The notes: generated from the letters alone by a model not told the origin. 64,000 bases of DNA from an uncultured Enterobacteriaceae bacterium (GCA_964441775.1 CAYTVL010000002.1:169520-233519), one strand, 5' to 3'. Shown: positions 48,311 through 59,148, numbered from the stretch's first letter. A program made the numbers and translations.

Positions 48311-49258
48311 TCAGGAATTTTTGGCGCCTAGGCCTTTGAGGTGCGTATAGGTTTGGGTAATGCCGTACTGCTTGTACCAGTCAATCGCCGCGCGTACTCC
48401 GGTAACGAGCGGCGTTTTTGCTTTCCAACCGAAGTCCTGATTGGTTTTTGCTGGATCGAGCAAGATGGTGTAGGCATCGTCCGGGTGACGGGGACGGACC
48501 TCGATATCTCGTGTCAGCGAGATCCCCAAAGCTTTCAGCGTTGCGTCAAATAATTCTTTGATAGACACATCGCCTCCAGACGACACATGGTACGCGCCTC
48601 GATTCCCCTGACCGTCTAAGGCGAGCAGTACGACTTGAACCAGATCGTCTACAAAAATGAAATCTCGCCGCGTATCCATGACGAAACACGGCTGCTCCGT
48701 CGTCAAGCGATGGTAAAAAGTCGGCAGCGGACCACTGAGATTTCGTGGACCATAGGCATTGGCCAAACGAAACGAAATATAATCGAGTCCACTTAATTGA
48801 ATATAGTGCTCTCCCGCTGTCTTACTAATGGCGTAGCTACTGCCTTCCGGAAGGATCGGGTGCGCCAGCGTGATAGGCTGCTCTAACGGGCGCAGCCCAT
48901 AACAGAGGGCAGTCTGGAAATAGATCAAACGTTTGACGCCGTGTTGCTTCGCCGCTTGGGCCACATTGGCGGTTCCTAATGCATTGGTGGTGGCGTCTTC
49001 CGCCCAGTTCTCTGGGTCCTTGTAGGAGGCTGCGGCGTGCACAACCGTATCGGGACGAAAGTCCGCGAACAGGCTCCGGACCAACGTGGCGTCGGCAATG
49101 GACCCTTCAACGATGTTGAGGCGAGGATCGGGGGTGAGGTTATCGCGGCGACCAGTGGAGTAGTTGTCAATCACTAACACTTGCTCTCCGCGCGCGAGCA
49201 AACGGTCGGTCAGATGTGAGCCAATAAAACCGGCTCCCCCTGTAATCAATACCTTCAT
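48311..49258 (-). CDS. NAD-dependent epimerase/dehydratase-family protein
   Basis: [24 protein letters not shown] at 49258 with AGGAGAGAAGG Shine-Dalgarno. The longer ORF-track N-terminus is rejected. Confidence 0.8.
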   Translation of the reverse strand: MKVLITGGAGFIGSHLTDRLLARGEQVLVIDNYSTGRRDNLTPDPRLNIVEGSIADATLVRSLFADFRPDTVVHAAASYKDPENWAEDATTNALGTANVAQAAKQHGVKRLIYFQTALCYGLRPLEQPITLAHPILPEGSSYAISKTAGEHYIQLSGLDYISFRLANAYGPRNLSGPLPTFYHRLTTEQPCFVMDTRRDFIFVDDLVQVVLLALDGQGNRGAYHVSSGGDVSIKELFDATLKALGISLTRDIEVRPRHPDDAYTILLDPAKTNQDFGWKAKTPLVTGVRAAIDWYKQYGITQTYTHLKGLGAKNS

Positions 49259-49268
49259 TCCTTCTCTC

Positions 49269-51182
49269 CTAACGGGCTGCACGCAGTAGGTGCTGATATT
49301 TCTGTTCTTGATCGTGAAATTCTTGCTGCCACAGTTCGAGACACAGCAAGCCCCAGACTTTACGGCCAAACTTCGGTTCTTTTACCAACCCGTCGAGCAC
49401 TTTCCGGTTATTGGTGAGAGCCCGATTTTGCGCGGCGGTTGACGAGAAAATATCGAAGACGAACTCTCGCGCTTCTCCCTTGAGCCATTCCACCAAGGGG
49501 GTCGGAAATCCCATCTTATCTTCTCGTTCGGTAATGAGCGGGGGCAGCAGAGGCCGCATGGCGTCCTTGAGCACCTGCTTCATGGTCCCATCTTTGAATT
49601 TGATATTAGAGGGCATCGTCGCGGCAAACTCCACGAGCGGGTGATCAAGCAAAGGGACGCGGGACTCGATCCCGTGCGCCATGCTGACTCGATCTTCTAC
49701 ATGCAGTAGCGCTGGCAGCAGGGTTTTGAAGTCAAAGTGTGTCATGAGGTCGAAGTACGATTCCTTGCGCACGTTATCACCGTTAAAGATGCTGCAAAAG
49801 GTCTCGAACGGAGAATAGGCGTTCAGTAACTCCCAATTGATTTCGTCCTCTAAAAGCGGAGCCCGATTCACGAGACGGAAGTAGCGCCGATCCATGCTCT
49901 CAAACAGTCCCTCTCGCCAAAACTCTTGCAGCAAAGGTTTGTAGTTCCGCAGCGCCTTCAAGTTCGGAATGATCGATTCGTACGTGACGACGAAGTTGCC
50001 GCTATGCATGGTCCCTTCGATCGCCGCTTTAATACATTGCTCAAAATAGGCGATGAGGTAGCGAGTGTATCCGCCAAAAATTTCGTCGCCGCCTTGACCG
50101 CCGAGGACGACTTTACGATGTTTACTCGCCAGGTGAGAGACCATGTATTGGGGGAATGATCCCGGACCAGCGATCGGTTGATCCAAATGGTAGATTACTT
50201 TGCGAATGTTATTGATGAAGTCAACAGCAGTAATGTCTATCTCATAGAGAGGAAAACCTCGCCACTCCGCTAAAGCGCGAGCATAATGACTTTCATCGTA
50301 GTCCGGACCAAGGGAAAACTTGCCAGTGAAGGCGACAAAGTCTCCATTCACCTGCCGGCCTGCTAAGGAGGCGACACTGCTTGAATCCAACCCTCCACTC
50401 AAATAGGCCCCGAGCGGAACATCGCTGCGCAGATGGAGACGAACGGATTCTTCCAGGAGGGCTTGGAGCTTTTCCTCGAAGTATTTCGCCGTGTGGTCAA
50501 AATCGAGGTCGTAGTACACTTCCCAATACCGGCTGAGGTGCAAGGAACCGCTTGTGATCGTGAGACTGTGTCCAGGCAACAGTTCGTCGACTCCGGAAAA
50601 AAGCGTCTTGCCAGCGAGGCAAAATTGGAACGCGAGATAATCTTTAAATCCCTCAAGATTGGTTTCAATCCTGTCAACAAAGGGTAACAGAGCTTTGATT
50701 TCCGAAGCAAAATACAACACGTTGCCGACCAGCGTGTAATAAAAAGGTTTAATGCCAAAGCGATCGCGTGCGCAAAAGAGCGTCTGGTGTGCTTCATCCC
50801 ACAAGGCGAAGGCGAACATGCCTCGCAAATGTGTGACGCACTCTGTGCCCCACTTCTGGTACGCCTGCAGGATCACTTCAGTGTCGGAGGTCGTGCGGAA
50901 GTTCTCTTTCCCTAATTCCTCGCGCAACTCGACATAGTTGTAGATTTCTCCATTGTACGTAATCCAATTTCCAGCCTGATCCTGCATGGGCTGCGCGCCG
51001 GTCGCGAGATCAATGATGCTGAGACGCCTGTGCGCGAAGCCAACATGGCGATGAGGATGGCGCCATATCCCCTCGCCATCTGGGCCTCGATGCCACTGCA
51101 GTTGATTGAGGACGTGAAGATGTTGCTCTAGTTGCTGAAGAGGAGAGCCGGAGAGATGGAGAATGCCTCCTATGCCGCACAT
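49269..51182 (-). CDS. Asparagine synthetase-family glutamine-dependent amidotransferase, paralog 3
   Basis: MCGIGGIL N-terminus, SGGLDSS PP-loop. Confidence 0.85.
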   Translation of the reverse strand: MCGIGGILHLSGSPLQQLEQHLHVLNQLQWHRGPDGEGIWRHPHRHVGFAHRRLSIIDLATGAQPMQDQAGNWITYNGEIYNYVELREELGKENFRTTSDTEVILQAYQKWGTECVTHLRGMFAFALWDEAHQTLFCARDRFGIKPFYYTLVGNVLYFASEIKALLPFVDRIETNLEGFKDYLAFQFCLAGKTLFSGVDELLPGHSLTITSGSLHLSRYWEVYYDLDFDHTAKYFEEKLQALLEESVRLHLRSDVPLGAYLSGGLDSSSVASLAGRQVNGDFVAFTGKFSLGPDYDESHYARALAEWRGFPLYEIDITAVDFINNIRKVIYHLDQPIAGPGSFPQYMVSHLASKHRKVVLGGQGGDEIFGGYTRYLIAYFEQCIKAAIEGTMHSGNFVVTYESIIPNLKALRNYKPLLQEFWREGLFESMDRRYFRLVNRAPLLEDEINWELLNAYSPFETFCSIFNGDNVRKESYFDLMTHFDFKTLLPALLHVEDRVSMAHGIESRVPLLDHPLVEFAATMPSNIKFKDGTMKQVLKDAMRPLLPPLITEREDKMGFPTPLVEWLKGEAREFVFDIFSSTAAQNRALTNNRKVLDGLVKEPKFGRKVWGLLCLELWQQEFHDQEQKYQHLLRAAR

Positions 51183-51186
51183 AACC

Positions 51187-52023
51187 TTATTGCTTTCTGA
51201 CCGCTACGTTGATTTCCAGAGGGTAGTAAAACGTTGAATGAATAGCCTTATACACGGGGAGAGACATCCGTTTCACAAGATTGAGGAGTCGAGCGAAGAT
51301 GGCGATCGCTTTCGGAAACGGCTCTGGAAACTTGAGCCTCCAAGGAACCAGACCGGTCAGGGATGTTCCAAGAAATTCGCAGTGAAATATTTTCTCAAAC
51401 AACAAGCGAAGCGAATGTTCGTCGAAGTTCCGGACGTGAATATATTTGTACGGACAGGCCGGGTCAACATACAGACTGAGGTCTTCTCGATAGGGCACGC
51501 GGACGAGGAGGACCCCTCCTTTTTTCAACACAGAGAGAATCTTCGTAATGGCTAGATCAAGATTCAGCACGTGCTCTAGAACATCCGTACACACGACGAC
51601 GTCAAAAAAATCTTCCTTAAAGGGCATGTCTTCGACTAACGCATAACAGACTTCGATGCCTTTTGTTTGAGCAATTGTCAAATAGTTCAGGCTGATATCC
51701 AAGCCATATTTTTGCAGGGAGGGCAAAGTGGAGAGCAGCCGTCCGGTGCCCACGCCCACATCGAGAATTTTGTCGCCAGGGTGCGCATATTTCTGGATGA
51801 GCGCAAGCGTTGACTGTTCTAACTCCACCCACAACTCCTCTGGAATCCAGGGATTCTCTCCCGTTTTGTCGTGGGCCTCGAGATGATCTGCAGAAATGCG
51901 TTGGTAATTATCAGTATAGTCGTTAAACTCGGAAAAAACGGGAATAGGGCCGAAAAAGCTCAACGGCGCCCTGACAAACGCATCACTATCCACGATGAAG
52001 CTCCTGTGTGTAACGGCGCTCAA
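51187..52023 (-). CDS. Class I SAM-dependent methyltransferase
   Basis: ILDVGVGTGRLL motif I, LKKGGVLLVRVP. TTG start overlapping the Wzx stop (TTGA). Confidence 0.65.
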   Translation of the reverse strand: MSAVTHRSFIVDSDAFVRAPLSFFGPIPVFSEFNDYTDNYQRISADHLEAHDKTGENPWIPEELWVELEQSTLALIQKYAHPGDKILDVGVGTGRLLSTLPSLQKYGLDISLNYLTIAQTKGIEVCYALVEDMPFKEDFFDVVVCTDVLEHVLNLDLAITKILSVLKKGGVLLVRVPYREDLSLYVDPACPYKYIHVRNFDEHSLRLLFEKIFHCEFLGTSLTGLVPWRLKFPEPFPKAIAIFARLLNLVKRMSLPVYKAIHSTFYYPLEINVAVRKQ

Positions 52024-53492
52024 CTAAAACAAAAAGATTTCGCGTGTGCGAACGCCGTCCATATTTGTTCTTTCTCAACTTTGTTAAGAAAGGCATACAG
52101 AATGAAGGGTAAAACGCAAGTGGCAAGGAGAGAAACTGTCATTGCTGTTGTGAAAGAATCATTTCGTTGCCATAACATGACGCTTGCAATTGTGAAATAG
52201 ACTAAACAGAAACCGACAAGACGACGCCACTCATAGCGAACCTCGATATACCGGTCTTTTCGATATCGATTCCAAGCGTACATCAACCCGGCGGTAGCCA
52301 CATAACCGAAGAATAAAGTCAAAGCCGCGCCCAGCAATCCGAAGCGAGGAATGAGTAATGCGTTCAACACAAGGGCGGCAAACGCAGCGGCAGCTTGAAT
52401 AAAACTGACATACTTCACTTCCTTGGCAAAATAGATACCTGGAAGGAGCAAAAGAAAGACGCCGTTCAAGAGCTGCGCGCCAGCGGACAACCCGACGACC
52501 TTGTACGCTTCATGAAAGCTTGGTTGCGTCAGGAAGACAACGACAGGCCGCGCCCAAATAAAAAAGAGTAAACTGAGAGCGCCAAACCCCACGACATAGT
52601 AGGTCATAATGCGACCGAAGAGAAAGCACGCTTCTGCTTTCTTATCAGAGAAAGACAAGAAATAGGGCATCCACGCGCTTTGCAAGCCCGAAACTGCAAT
52701 CCCCATCGCTGAGCCAAGGTTGAGCCCTATGGTGTAAATACCGACTGCATCTAAACTGCTATACCACTGTAAAAAATACTTATTCCCCTGCTGCAAAATG
52801 AAAAGGAACGCAAAAGAAGGAATGAAAGGAAGACCGAGCTGTAATAATTTGAGCCCGAGCGCCTGATTCACCCGAAAATGCAATGCTGAGGCGACTGGAA
52901 GCAAAAAAAGTCCGAAACTCATTACACGTCCAAGCATTTCTCCTTCAACCATTCCTTGCATCCCTCTATTGAAGATCACGACGAGAACAACGCTGAGACT
53001 GAGGGAGAGAAAGGTTGAAATGACGGTTAAGGCTACAAAAATTTTCGCCCTTTCTTCAAATTGCAGGTATTGGTAGAAGGGGCTGACAAGAATGTTGAAG
53101 CTGATACTGATCAAAGACAGCAGAATGACATAGTGATAACTCGGAGTGTTAAATATCACTTGACTAAGTATACCGCTAAATATTATCCCGAAAGTTGCGA
53201 GAAAAAGGGTGCTGGCCACGAGCAGCAGAAAAGTCGTCCAGATGGTCGCGGCTTTATGTTCTTGACTGCGCTCCTCGAAATAATACACGCCCGTCGCCGC
53301 CCCAAGTCCAAGGGAAAAGATCGGTGTCGCCACGAAACTGATGGCCGCCAGGAGCGAGAGCACTCCATAATCACTGGGGGTGAGATAGGCAGTTAAAAGA
53401 GGAAGAAGGAGCAGATTGAGAAAACGATTCAGCCCTTGCCCCACTCCATAAATGAGGACTCCTTTCGCGAGTCGTGCGACTTGTCCCGCCAT
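52020..53492 (-). CDS. Wzx-type oligosaccharide flippase (MOP/polysaccharide-biosynthesis family)
   Basis: 490 aa, about 12-14 TM helices. Confidence 0.75.
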   Translation of the reverse strand: MAGQVARLAKGVLIYGVGQGLNRFLNLLLLPLLTAYLTPSDYGVLSLLAAISFVATPIFSLGLGAATGVYYFEERSQEHKAATIWTTFLLLVASTLFLATFGIIFSGILSQVIFNTPSYHYVILLSLISISFNILVSPFYQYLQFEERAKIFVALTVISTFLSLSLSVVLVVIFNRGMQGMVEGEMLGRVMSFGLFLLPVASALHFRVNQALGLKLLQLGLPFIPSFAFLFILQQGNKYFLQWYSSLDAVGIYTIGLNLGSAMGIAVSGLQSAWMPYFLSFSDKKAEACFLFGRIMTYYVVGFGALSLLFFIWARPVVVFLTQPSFHEAYKVVGLSAGAQLLNGVFLLLLPGIYFAKEVKYVSFIQAAAAFAALVLNALLIPRFGLLGAALTLFFGYVATAGLMYAWNRYRKDRYIEVRYEWRRLVGFCLVYFTIASVMLWQRNDSFTTAMTVSLLATCVLPFILYAFLNKVEKEQIWTAFAHAKSFCFS

Positions 53493-53516
53493 CCTCGGTC
53501 TTTATTGTCCTACTCT

Positions 53517-54575
53517 TTAGCGTCCCTTCTCCAAGAGGGTGACACAACGAGCAGCCGTATCACCCTCTCCGTACAGAGCCGGGTGGGTGGTTGGAGGCGT
53601 GAATGATCGGGCAGCGGTGAGGATGTGATCGGTGTTTGCTCCTGTTAACACGTTCCAACCTTCCTGAACCGTTTCAATCCACTCCGTTTCCTCACGTAAG
53701 GTCAGACAGGGGACTCGCAGCCAGTAGGCCTCTTTCTGGATGCCGCCGGAGTCTGTGAGGATCATGCGCGCCGCCTGCTCTAAGCGAACCATATCGAGAT
53801 AACCCACCGGTGCGGTGAGGTGTACGTGCGGCGCTGGACTGTATGGCAGTATAGCCATGGCCTTCCGTGTCCGTGGATGTACAGGAAAGATGACTGTTTC
53901 GTCGAGTTGGTTCAAGGCGGCGAGGATACCGAGCAACCGCTGCGGATCATCAATGTTTTCCGCCCTGTGAATCGTGGCCAAAAGATAGCCGCCCTCAATT
54001 AAGTCAAGCTGTTTTAAGATCCGTGAGTGATCGCGGGCGCGCTCTGCCGCCATCGCCAGCGCATCGGCCATCACATCCCCCACGAGATGAACTCCACGCG
54101 TGATGCCCTCGGTCGCCAAATTGTCAACCGCCGTCTGACTGGGGCAGAGCAACAACTCGGAGAGATGATCCGCCATCACTCGGTTGATCTCTTCCGGCAT
54201 CAAACGATTGAAACTCCGCAAACCGGATTCGACATGGGCCACCGGAATGTGAAGCTTCGCTGCGGCAAGCGCCCCGGCGAGGGTGGAGTTTGTATCGCCA
54301 TAGACGAGGACCCAAGCCGGACGTTCTTTCAAAAAGATTTCTTCGAGACGCGCGAGCATGAGACCAGTCTGGACCCCATGAGAGCCAGAGCCTACTGCGA
54401 GGTTGATGTCGGGCTCTGGAATGCCCAGTTCTTCAAAAAACACCTGGGACATACCATAATCATAATGTTGACCAGTATGCACGAGCATTTCGATGTGCTT
54501 TTGGCGGAGCACACGACTCATCGGAGCCGCTTTGATAAATTGTGGCCGTGCGCCGACGACGGTGACTACTTTCAC
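53517..54575 (-). CDS. UDP-N-acetylglucosamine-type 2-epimerase, non-hydrolysing (WecB/WbpI-like)
   Basis: [18 protein letters not shown]-terminus and GT-B-like epimerase fold motifs. GTG start with GTGA overlap. Confidence 0.85.
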   Translation of the reverse strand: MKVVTVVGARPQFIKAAPMSRVLRQKHIEMLVHTGQHYDYGMSQVFFEELGIPEPDINLAVGSGSHGVQTGLMLARLEEIFLKERPAWVLVYGDTNSTLAGALAAAKLHIPVAHVESGLRSFNRLMPEEINRVMADHLSELLLCPSQTAVDNLATEGITRGVHLVGDVMADALAMAAERARDHSRILKQLDLIEGGYLLATIHRAENIDDPQRLLGILAALNQLDETVIFPVHPRTRKAMAILPYSPAPHVHLTAPVGYLDMVRLEQAARMILTDSGGIQKEAYWLRVPCLTLREETEWIETVQEGWNVLTGANTDHILTAARSFTPPTTHPALYGEGDTAARCVTLLEKGR

Positions 54576-55741
54576 TGGCGAGCGCCTTGCTCACGATAAA
54601 AATCGGCAACGTGATGCACCACTAGCGCTTGCTGTTCTTGCGTGAGTTCCGGATAGATGGGGAGGGCCAAGGTCTGGGCTGCGGCGCCTTCGCTCGCTGG
54701 AAAGTCGCCTCGTTGATAACGTAACTCAGCGAAGCAATCTTGCTGATGTAAAGGCACTGGGTAGTAAATCTCCGTCCCAATGTCATGTTGCTTGAGGTGC
54801 GTCAGCAAAGCATCACGTTGAGCGCTGCGAATGATAAATTGGTTGTAGATGTGTCGCAGGTGCTTGCCTTCGACAGGTAAACCCACACCTCGATTGGGCT
54901 CTCCCTCGGGCGCACTGAGCCCTGCTTCCGTAAATAACTGGCGATACACGGCTGCATTGCGCTGTCGTGCTGAGGTCCACTCGTCCAAATAGTGTAACTT
55001 GACCCGCACCACGGCGGCTTGTAGGGCGTCCAGACGAAAATTGCCGCCCACGATTTTGTGGTAATATTTGGGGTGCGCCCCGTGACTGCGCAGCAGCTTC
55101 ACTCGCTCTGCGAGGGTAGGGTCATTGGTGGTCACCATGCCCCCATCGCCGGCGCCTCCCAGGTTTTTTGAGGGAAAGAAGCTGAAACAACCAAGATGAC
55201 CAAGCGAGCCCGCGCGGCGTCCTTGATACTCAGCGCCGATTGCCTGGGCGGCGTCTTCAATGACAAACAGGTTGTGACGACGGGCAACGGCGAGAATAGC
55301 ATCCATCTCGGCCATCTGTCCGAAGAGATGAACCGGCACGACCGCGCGCGTACGCGGGGTCACGGCTGCTTCTAGCCGTGCTGGGTCGAGATTGTAGCTC
55401 AGCGGGTCGATATCCACGAAGACCGGTTTGGCGCCCAGGCGAGAAACGCAACCCGCCGTGGCAAAGAATGTATACGGCGTAGTAATGACCTCATCGCCGG
55501 GCTCAACGCCAATAGCCATCAATGCCACGAGGAGGGCGTCTGTTCCTGAAGATATGCCGATGCCGTAGCGACACTGCGAATAGGCTGCCACCTCTTGCTC
55601 CAGGGCTTCAACTTCCGGACCGAGGATAAAGTACTGGGACTCAAACACGCGGTCCACAGCCGCACGGATTTCTTCGCGAATCGTGGCGTACTGGGCTTTG
55701 AGGTCAAGTAATGGGACTTTCACTAGAGGATACCTTTTCAT
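54572..55741 (-). CDS. DegT/DnrJ/EryC1/StrS-family PLP-dependent sugar aminotransferase (WbpE-like)
   Basis: [16 protein letters not shown]...[14 protein letters not shown]...[10 protein letters not shown] (PLP lysine). ATG at 55741 chosen; the ORF-track extension to 55858 overlaps the upstream gene by 155 nt. Confidence 0.8.
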   Translation of the reverse strand: MKRYPLVKVPLLDLKAQYATIREEIRAAVDRVFESQYFILGPEVEALEQEVAAYSQCRYGIGISSGTDALLVALMAIGVEPGDEVITTPYTFFATAGCVSRLGAKPVFVDIDPLSYNLDPARLEAAVTPRTRAVVPVHLFGQMAEMDAILAVARRHNLFVIEDAAQAIGAEYQGRRAGSLGHLGCFSFFPSKNLGGAGDGGMVTTNDPTLAERVKLLRSHGAHPKYYHKIVGGNFRLDALQAAVVRVKLHYLDEWTSARQRNAAVYRQLFTEAGLSAPEGEPNRGVGLPVEGKHLRHIYNQFIIRSAQRDALLTHLKQHDIGTEIYYPVPLHQQDCFAELRYQRGDFPASEGAAAQTLALPIYPELTQEQQALVVHHVADFYREQGARQ

Positions 55742-57323
55742 TGGCTTTGTGATAGGTTCGTCGGCAGGAGCGACAGGAGCCCAAGCCGTCTCCTTCAGGG
55801 AACTCGATGCGACTGCCGCACGAGCACATCCAACCGACGATTCTTCCTGGATTGCCAATGACTAAAGCAAAATCCGGCACGTCTTTTACGACGACCGCGC
55901 CTGCGCCGATGAAGGCATATGCTCCAATCGTTGTTCCGCAAATGACCGTACAGTTCGCGCCAAAGGTCGCGCCCCGCTTCGCAAGCGTGGGGAGGAATTC
56001 GTTCTTGCGTTCGATCTCGCTGCGTGGATTAATGACATTCGTAAACACCATAGACGGGCCACAAAAAACGCCATCTTCTAACGTGACGCCTTCGAACACT
56101 GACACATTATTCTGGAGCTTGACGTTCTGCCCGATCTTCACATCTTGGGCGACAAAAACATTTTGACCAACGCTACAGTTTTGCCCGATCTGCGCCCCGG
56201 GCATGATGTGACAGTAGTGCCACACCCGAGTGCCTTCTCCGATCTCTGCCCCTTCGTCAACCGTTGCCGTAGGATGGATGAAGATGTTCGGTGATTGAGC
56301 AGAAGAGGGGGGCGCGGTGATTGTGTTCATACTGGAAGGCTGGTTTCTTCCTGCTTCCAAGGCGTCTTGACACTGTTGCAACACCTGCAGGACGCGAAGC
56401 GCTTCCTCGCCATTGGTGCGCGGCTGCTGTCTGGTGGCTATACATTCCAGAAAATGTCCGCATTCTGCCTGCAACGGCTCCACGGGCTCGACTGGTACGG
56501 GCTCTGCCTCCTGTGGATTTGGTATGGGCAGATTATCCCGCCATTCAATCGTATGAGGATAGAGCAACAGCTTGTCTTGTGGATCAAGGTCGTTGAAGAC
56601 CGCCATTTTGCGGTCTCCCACTACCACCAATCGTTGCTCTTTATATGGATGCAGCCAGGAAACAAAAACGTGAGCATTGACCCCGCTAGGAAAGGTGAGA
56701 CAAGTGACGGTGACATCAGCGATTTGTTGATGCAGGTAGTACCCCCCCTGCGCTTGTACTTGTACAGGCGTTTCTCCGACTAACCCGAGAATGACCGAAA
56801 TATCGTGTGGCGCAAAGGACCAGAGAATGTTTTCCTCCCGCCGGATGCGCCCCAGGTTGAGACGGTGCGAGTAAATATATTGTAAGCGGCCTAGCTCACC
56901 TTGGGCGATGAGTTGTTTCAGCGTGAGAATAGTGGGATGGTACCACAGGAGATGCCCCGCCATGAGGATACGCCCCCGTTGCTGGGCGAGTTGGACCAGC
57001 GACTGACCATCTTCTACGGTGAGCGCCAAGGGCTTCTCGACCAGGACATCTTTATCTGCAAGTAGGGCTTGTCGCACTAAAGACGCATGAGACGCGGCTG
57101 GAGTGGCGATGACGACTCCACGTATCGAAGGATTAGTGAGCACAGTAGCCACAGAAGACGTCGCATTGATCCCTGGATACTGAGCGTGGAGATGCTGGAG
57201 GGTCTGTTCGTTGCTGTCACAGATTGTGTGGAGTGCGCCGAGAGTGTGGAAGTTGCGCACCAGATTGCGGCCCCAATAGCCCGACCCAATCACAGCCACC
57301 CGTGGAGATTCAGAATACCTCAT
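55704..57323 (-). CDS. Bifunctional fusion: N-terminal Gfo/Idh/MocA sugar 3-dehydrogenase (WbpB-like) plus C-terminal hexapeptide-repeat N-acetyltransferase (WbpD-like) with terminal Cys4 cluster
   Basis: [15 protein letters not shown] Rossmann N-terminus, EKPLAL motif, then a left-handed beta-helix hexapeptide region ([31 protein letters not shown]...) ending with CSCGSRIEF...GSCRSCRR. Confidence 0.75.
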   Translation of the reverse strand: MRYSESPRVAVIGSGYWGRNLVRNFHTLGALHTICDSNEQTLQHLHAQYPGINATSSVATVLTNPSIRGVVIATPAASHASLVRQALLADKDVLVEKPLALTVEDGQSLVQLAQQRGRILMAGHLLWYHPTILTLKQLIAQGELGRLQYIYSHRLNLGRIRREENILWSFAPHDISVILGLVGETPVQVQAQGGYYLHQQIADVTVTCLTFPSGVNAHVFVSWLHPYKEQRLVVVGDRKMAVFNDLDPQDKLLLYPHTIEWRDNLPIPNPQEAEPVPVEPVEPLQAECGHFLECIATRQQPRTNGEEALRVLQVLQQCQDALEAGRNQPSSMNTITAPPSSAQSPNIFIHPTATVDEGAEIGEGTRVWHYCHIMPGAQIGQNCSVGQNVFVAQDVKIGQNVKLQNNVSVFEGVTLEDGVFCGPSMVFTNVINPRSEIERKNEFLPTLAKRGATFGANCTVICGTTIGAYAFIGAGAVVVKDVPDFALVIGNPGRIVGWMCSCGSRIEFPEGDGLGSCRSCRRTYHKANEKVSSSESPIT

Positions 57324-57379
57324 GACTATCTCGCTGCCGTTTCAAGTACGCTCTCAAAACAGTTGCTGAAAACACGCCT

Positions 57380-58933
57380 TTACACCGTTGTTACTGACGC
57401 CACCACATCGTGGACGAGAGCGATTAGCAGGGCAAGCAGTCCGCCTAAGAACGCCGCCAGTACTGACTTCATCACCAGGCCGCGAGATTGCGGGCTATCT
57501 GGCGGCACCGCCGCCGCGCCAAGCCGCACATCTTCGTCCTCTTGTTGCGCTTTCGCAAGCATGGCCTGGTTGTAGTTTTTCGCTAGATTCTCGTATAAGT
57601 TTCTTTGCTGGGCGACATCTTGTTTAAGCTGTCCAAGCTTCACGTCCTGTTCCCGGGTAATACTGTCTAATTCGGATTTTCGTTCGCGATCAAGCGCGGT
57701 TGATTCAAGGTTACGTTGCTCCTTGAGTTTGAATAAGCTAGCCTCACGCGTTCGTTGGAACTGCTCCAGAGTTGCTAGTACGCGCCGGAAGGTTTTTGTG
57801 TCCTCTACGTTCAAACCACTGACCTCAGATTCAAGCTGGGCCAGCCGAAAAACAAGCTCAGTATAGGCTGGGTTCCTTTCTTGAGTACGTAAACTCCGTC
57901 CCTGGAGCGTGTCGAGGTTCGTATCCCGACTCTTTTGTAAAGCTGTAGCTAACCACAAGGGATCATCCCCCATAGTTTTTTCTAACGTCAAATACTGTGG
58001 CGTTTGCAGCAGTTGGAGGCGTAGCACAATGATTTGCTGTAGTTTTTGTTGTAACGCCGCGTTTTGATGTGCGGAAGGTGGTGTTCCTGACGCACCTCGG
58101 GAGGCGCCAGCTTTTGCTTGGTCAGTGTCCAGGGATTGCGCTTCGGATTCGGTCAGCAAGCGCGCGGTTTCTCCTTGGTAGTTCGCAAGCTGATCAGCCG
58201 TTTCATTTTTGAATGCGGTAAGCTTCTGGTCCCAACGAGTTGCCGCCTCGTTGTAGCGTTTTTGGAAGGCATCTGCTGTGGTGGCTCGTTCGGTTTCCAA
58301 CTGGAGCAAGCGTTCTCGAGCTTGCGGGTATTGGTCTTCAAGGAACCGTACTGTGGCGGCAGTGGAGCCTACCGTGATCTCCCGCAAGCGATCGAGAAAC
58401 ACCTGAGCCCACGTATTGGCAATGGCGGCCGCCTGTGCGGACATACGAGCCCGGAGGGCCACGGCCTGTATCATGGGCGCAAGCGAGGTGGTCTCGGACG
58501 TGCGAGAGACGAAGATACGAGTCTCTATTTCGTTTCCTACGCGAAACAAGTCTCTTGCATTAAGGACATTTTGTTCTATGAGGCGCTTCTTCGTTTCGGC
58601 CAAGACCGCGTCTGATTCGAGCAGTTTCTGATATCCTTGTACGGTCAACGTTGCCGGTTTAAGTTCGGAAGAGAACTTTGATGGCGAGACGACGAGAATG
58701 ACTGAAGCCTCATAAGCGCGGGGAGAAAAAAAGAGCACGACGGCTGTCGTGATTCCAGCGATGAGCGCCGCGCCAGTAAGCAACCTGAAGTGGCGTTGAA
58801 AAAACCGCACGACCTGCGCGAGATTGATTTCGTCAACCTCGGTTTTGTGAGGGGGTCGTGGTTGGCCGTTGGCGAGAACGGCTGTGCTCGGCGCTGTGAC
58901 GGGTTGGTCTAAACGAGCTGAAGATATTTCCAT
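57380..58933 (-). CDS. Wzz-type polysaccharide co-polymerase (chain-length determinant), no kinase domain
   Basis: N-terminal and C-terminal TM helices flanking a long coiled-coil periplasmic region, Wzz-like N-terminal region (EINLAQVVRFFQRHFRLL). Confidence 0.7.
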   Translation of the reverse strand: MEISSARLDQPVTAPSTAVLANGQPRPPHKTEVDEINLAQVVRFFQRHFRLLTGAALIAGITTAVVLFFSPRAYEASVILVVSPSKFSSELKPATLTVQGYQKLLESDAVLAETKKRLIEQNVLNARDLFRVGNEIETRIFVSRTSETTSLAPMIQAVALRARMSAQAAAIANTWAQVFLDRLREITVGSTAATVRFLEDQYPQARERLLQLETERATTADAFQKRYNEAATRWDQKLTAFKNETADQLANYQGETARLLTESEAQSLDTDQAKAGASRGASGTPPSAHQNAALQQKLQQIIVLRLQLLQTPQYLTLEKTMGDDPLWLATALQKSRDTNLDTLQGRSLRTQERNPAYTELVFRLAQLESEVSGLNVEDTKTFRRVLATLEQFQRTREASLFKLKEQRNLESTALDRERKSELDSITREQDVKLGQLKQDVAQQRNLYENLAKNYNQAMLAKAQQEDEDVRLGAAAVPPDSPQSRGLVMKSVLAAFLGGLLALLIALVHDVVASVTTV

Positions 58934-59070
58934 GAGAAAACTCTCTTAGAGAAGAAGGGGAGGAGACCTCAGAGAAAAACGACTTTACTGTATTTGTACA
59001 TATAGCTCCGCCTTCTGAGTTACACCGCAGTACCTCAGTGAAGAAACTAAGGAACATTCTCCCCAGTGAG

Positions 59071-59130
59071 GAGTCTGCAGCTTTTTGTTGTGACGACAAA
59101 ACAATTAGGGTTGCAGACTCTCAACTACCG
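59071..59130 (-). promoter_or_regulatory. Structured leader between the NusG-paralog gene and wzz: 9-10-bp perfect inverted repeat plus an ops-core-like CGGTAG hexamer
   Basis: Minus-strand reading is ...GATCGGTAGTTGAGAGTCTGCAA-(31-nt loop with inner TTTGT/ACAAA stem)-CTGCAGACTC... The hexamer CGGTAG matches the core of the E. coli ops element GGCGGTAGCGTG, but the flanks differ. Confidence 0.3.
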
Positions 59131-59148
59131 ATCAGGCTCGCACGTCGA

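Noticed and set aside
58934-59148. Calling a bona fide ops/JUMPstart element in the leader
   Set aside because: Only the CGGTAG core matches and the flanking positions differ from the enterobacterial consensus. It is reported as a candidate, not a feature with high confidence.
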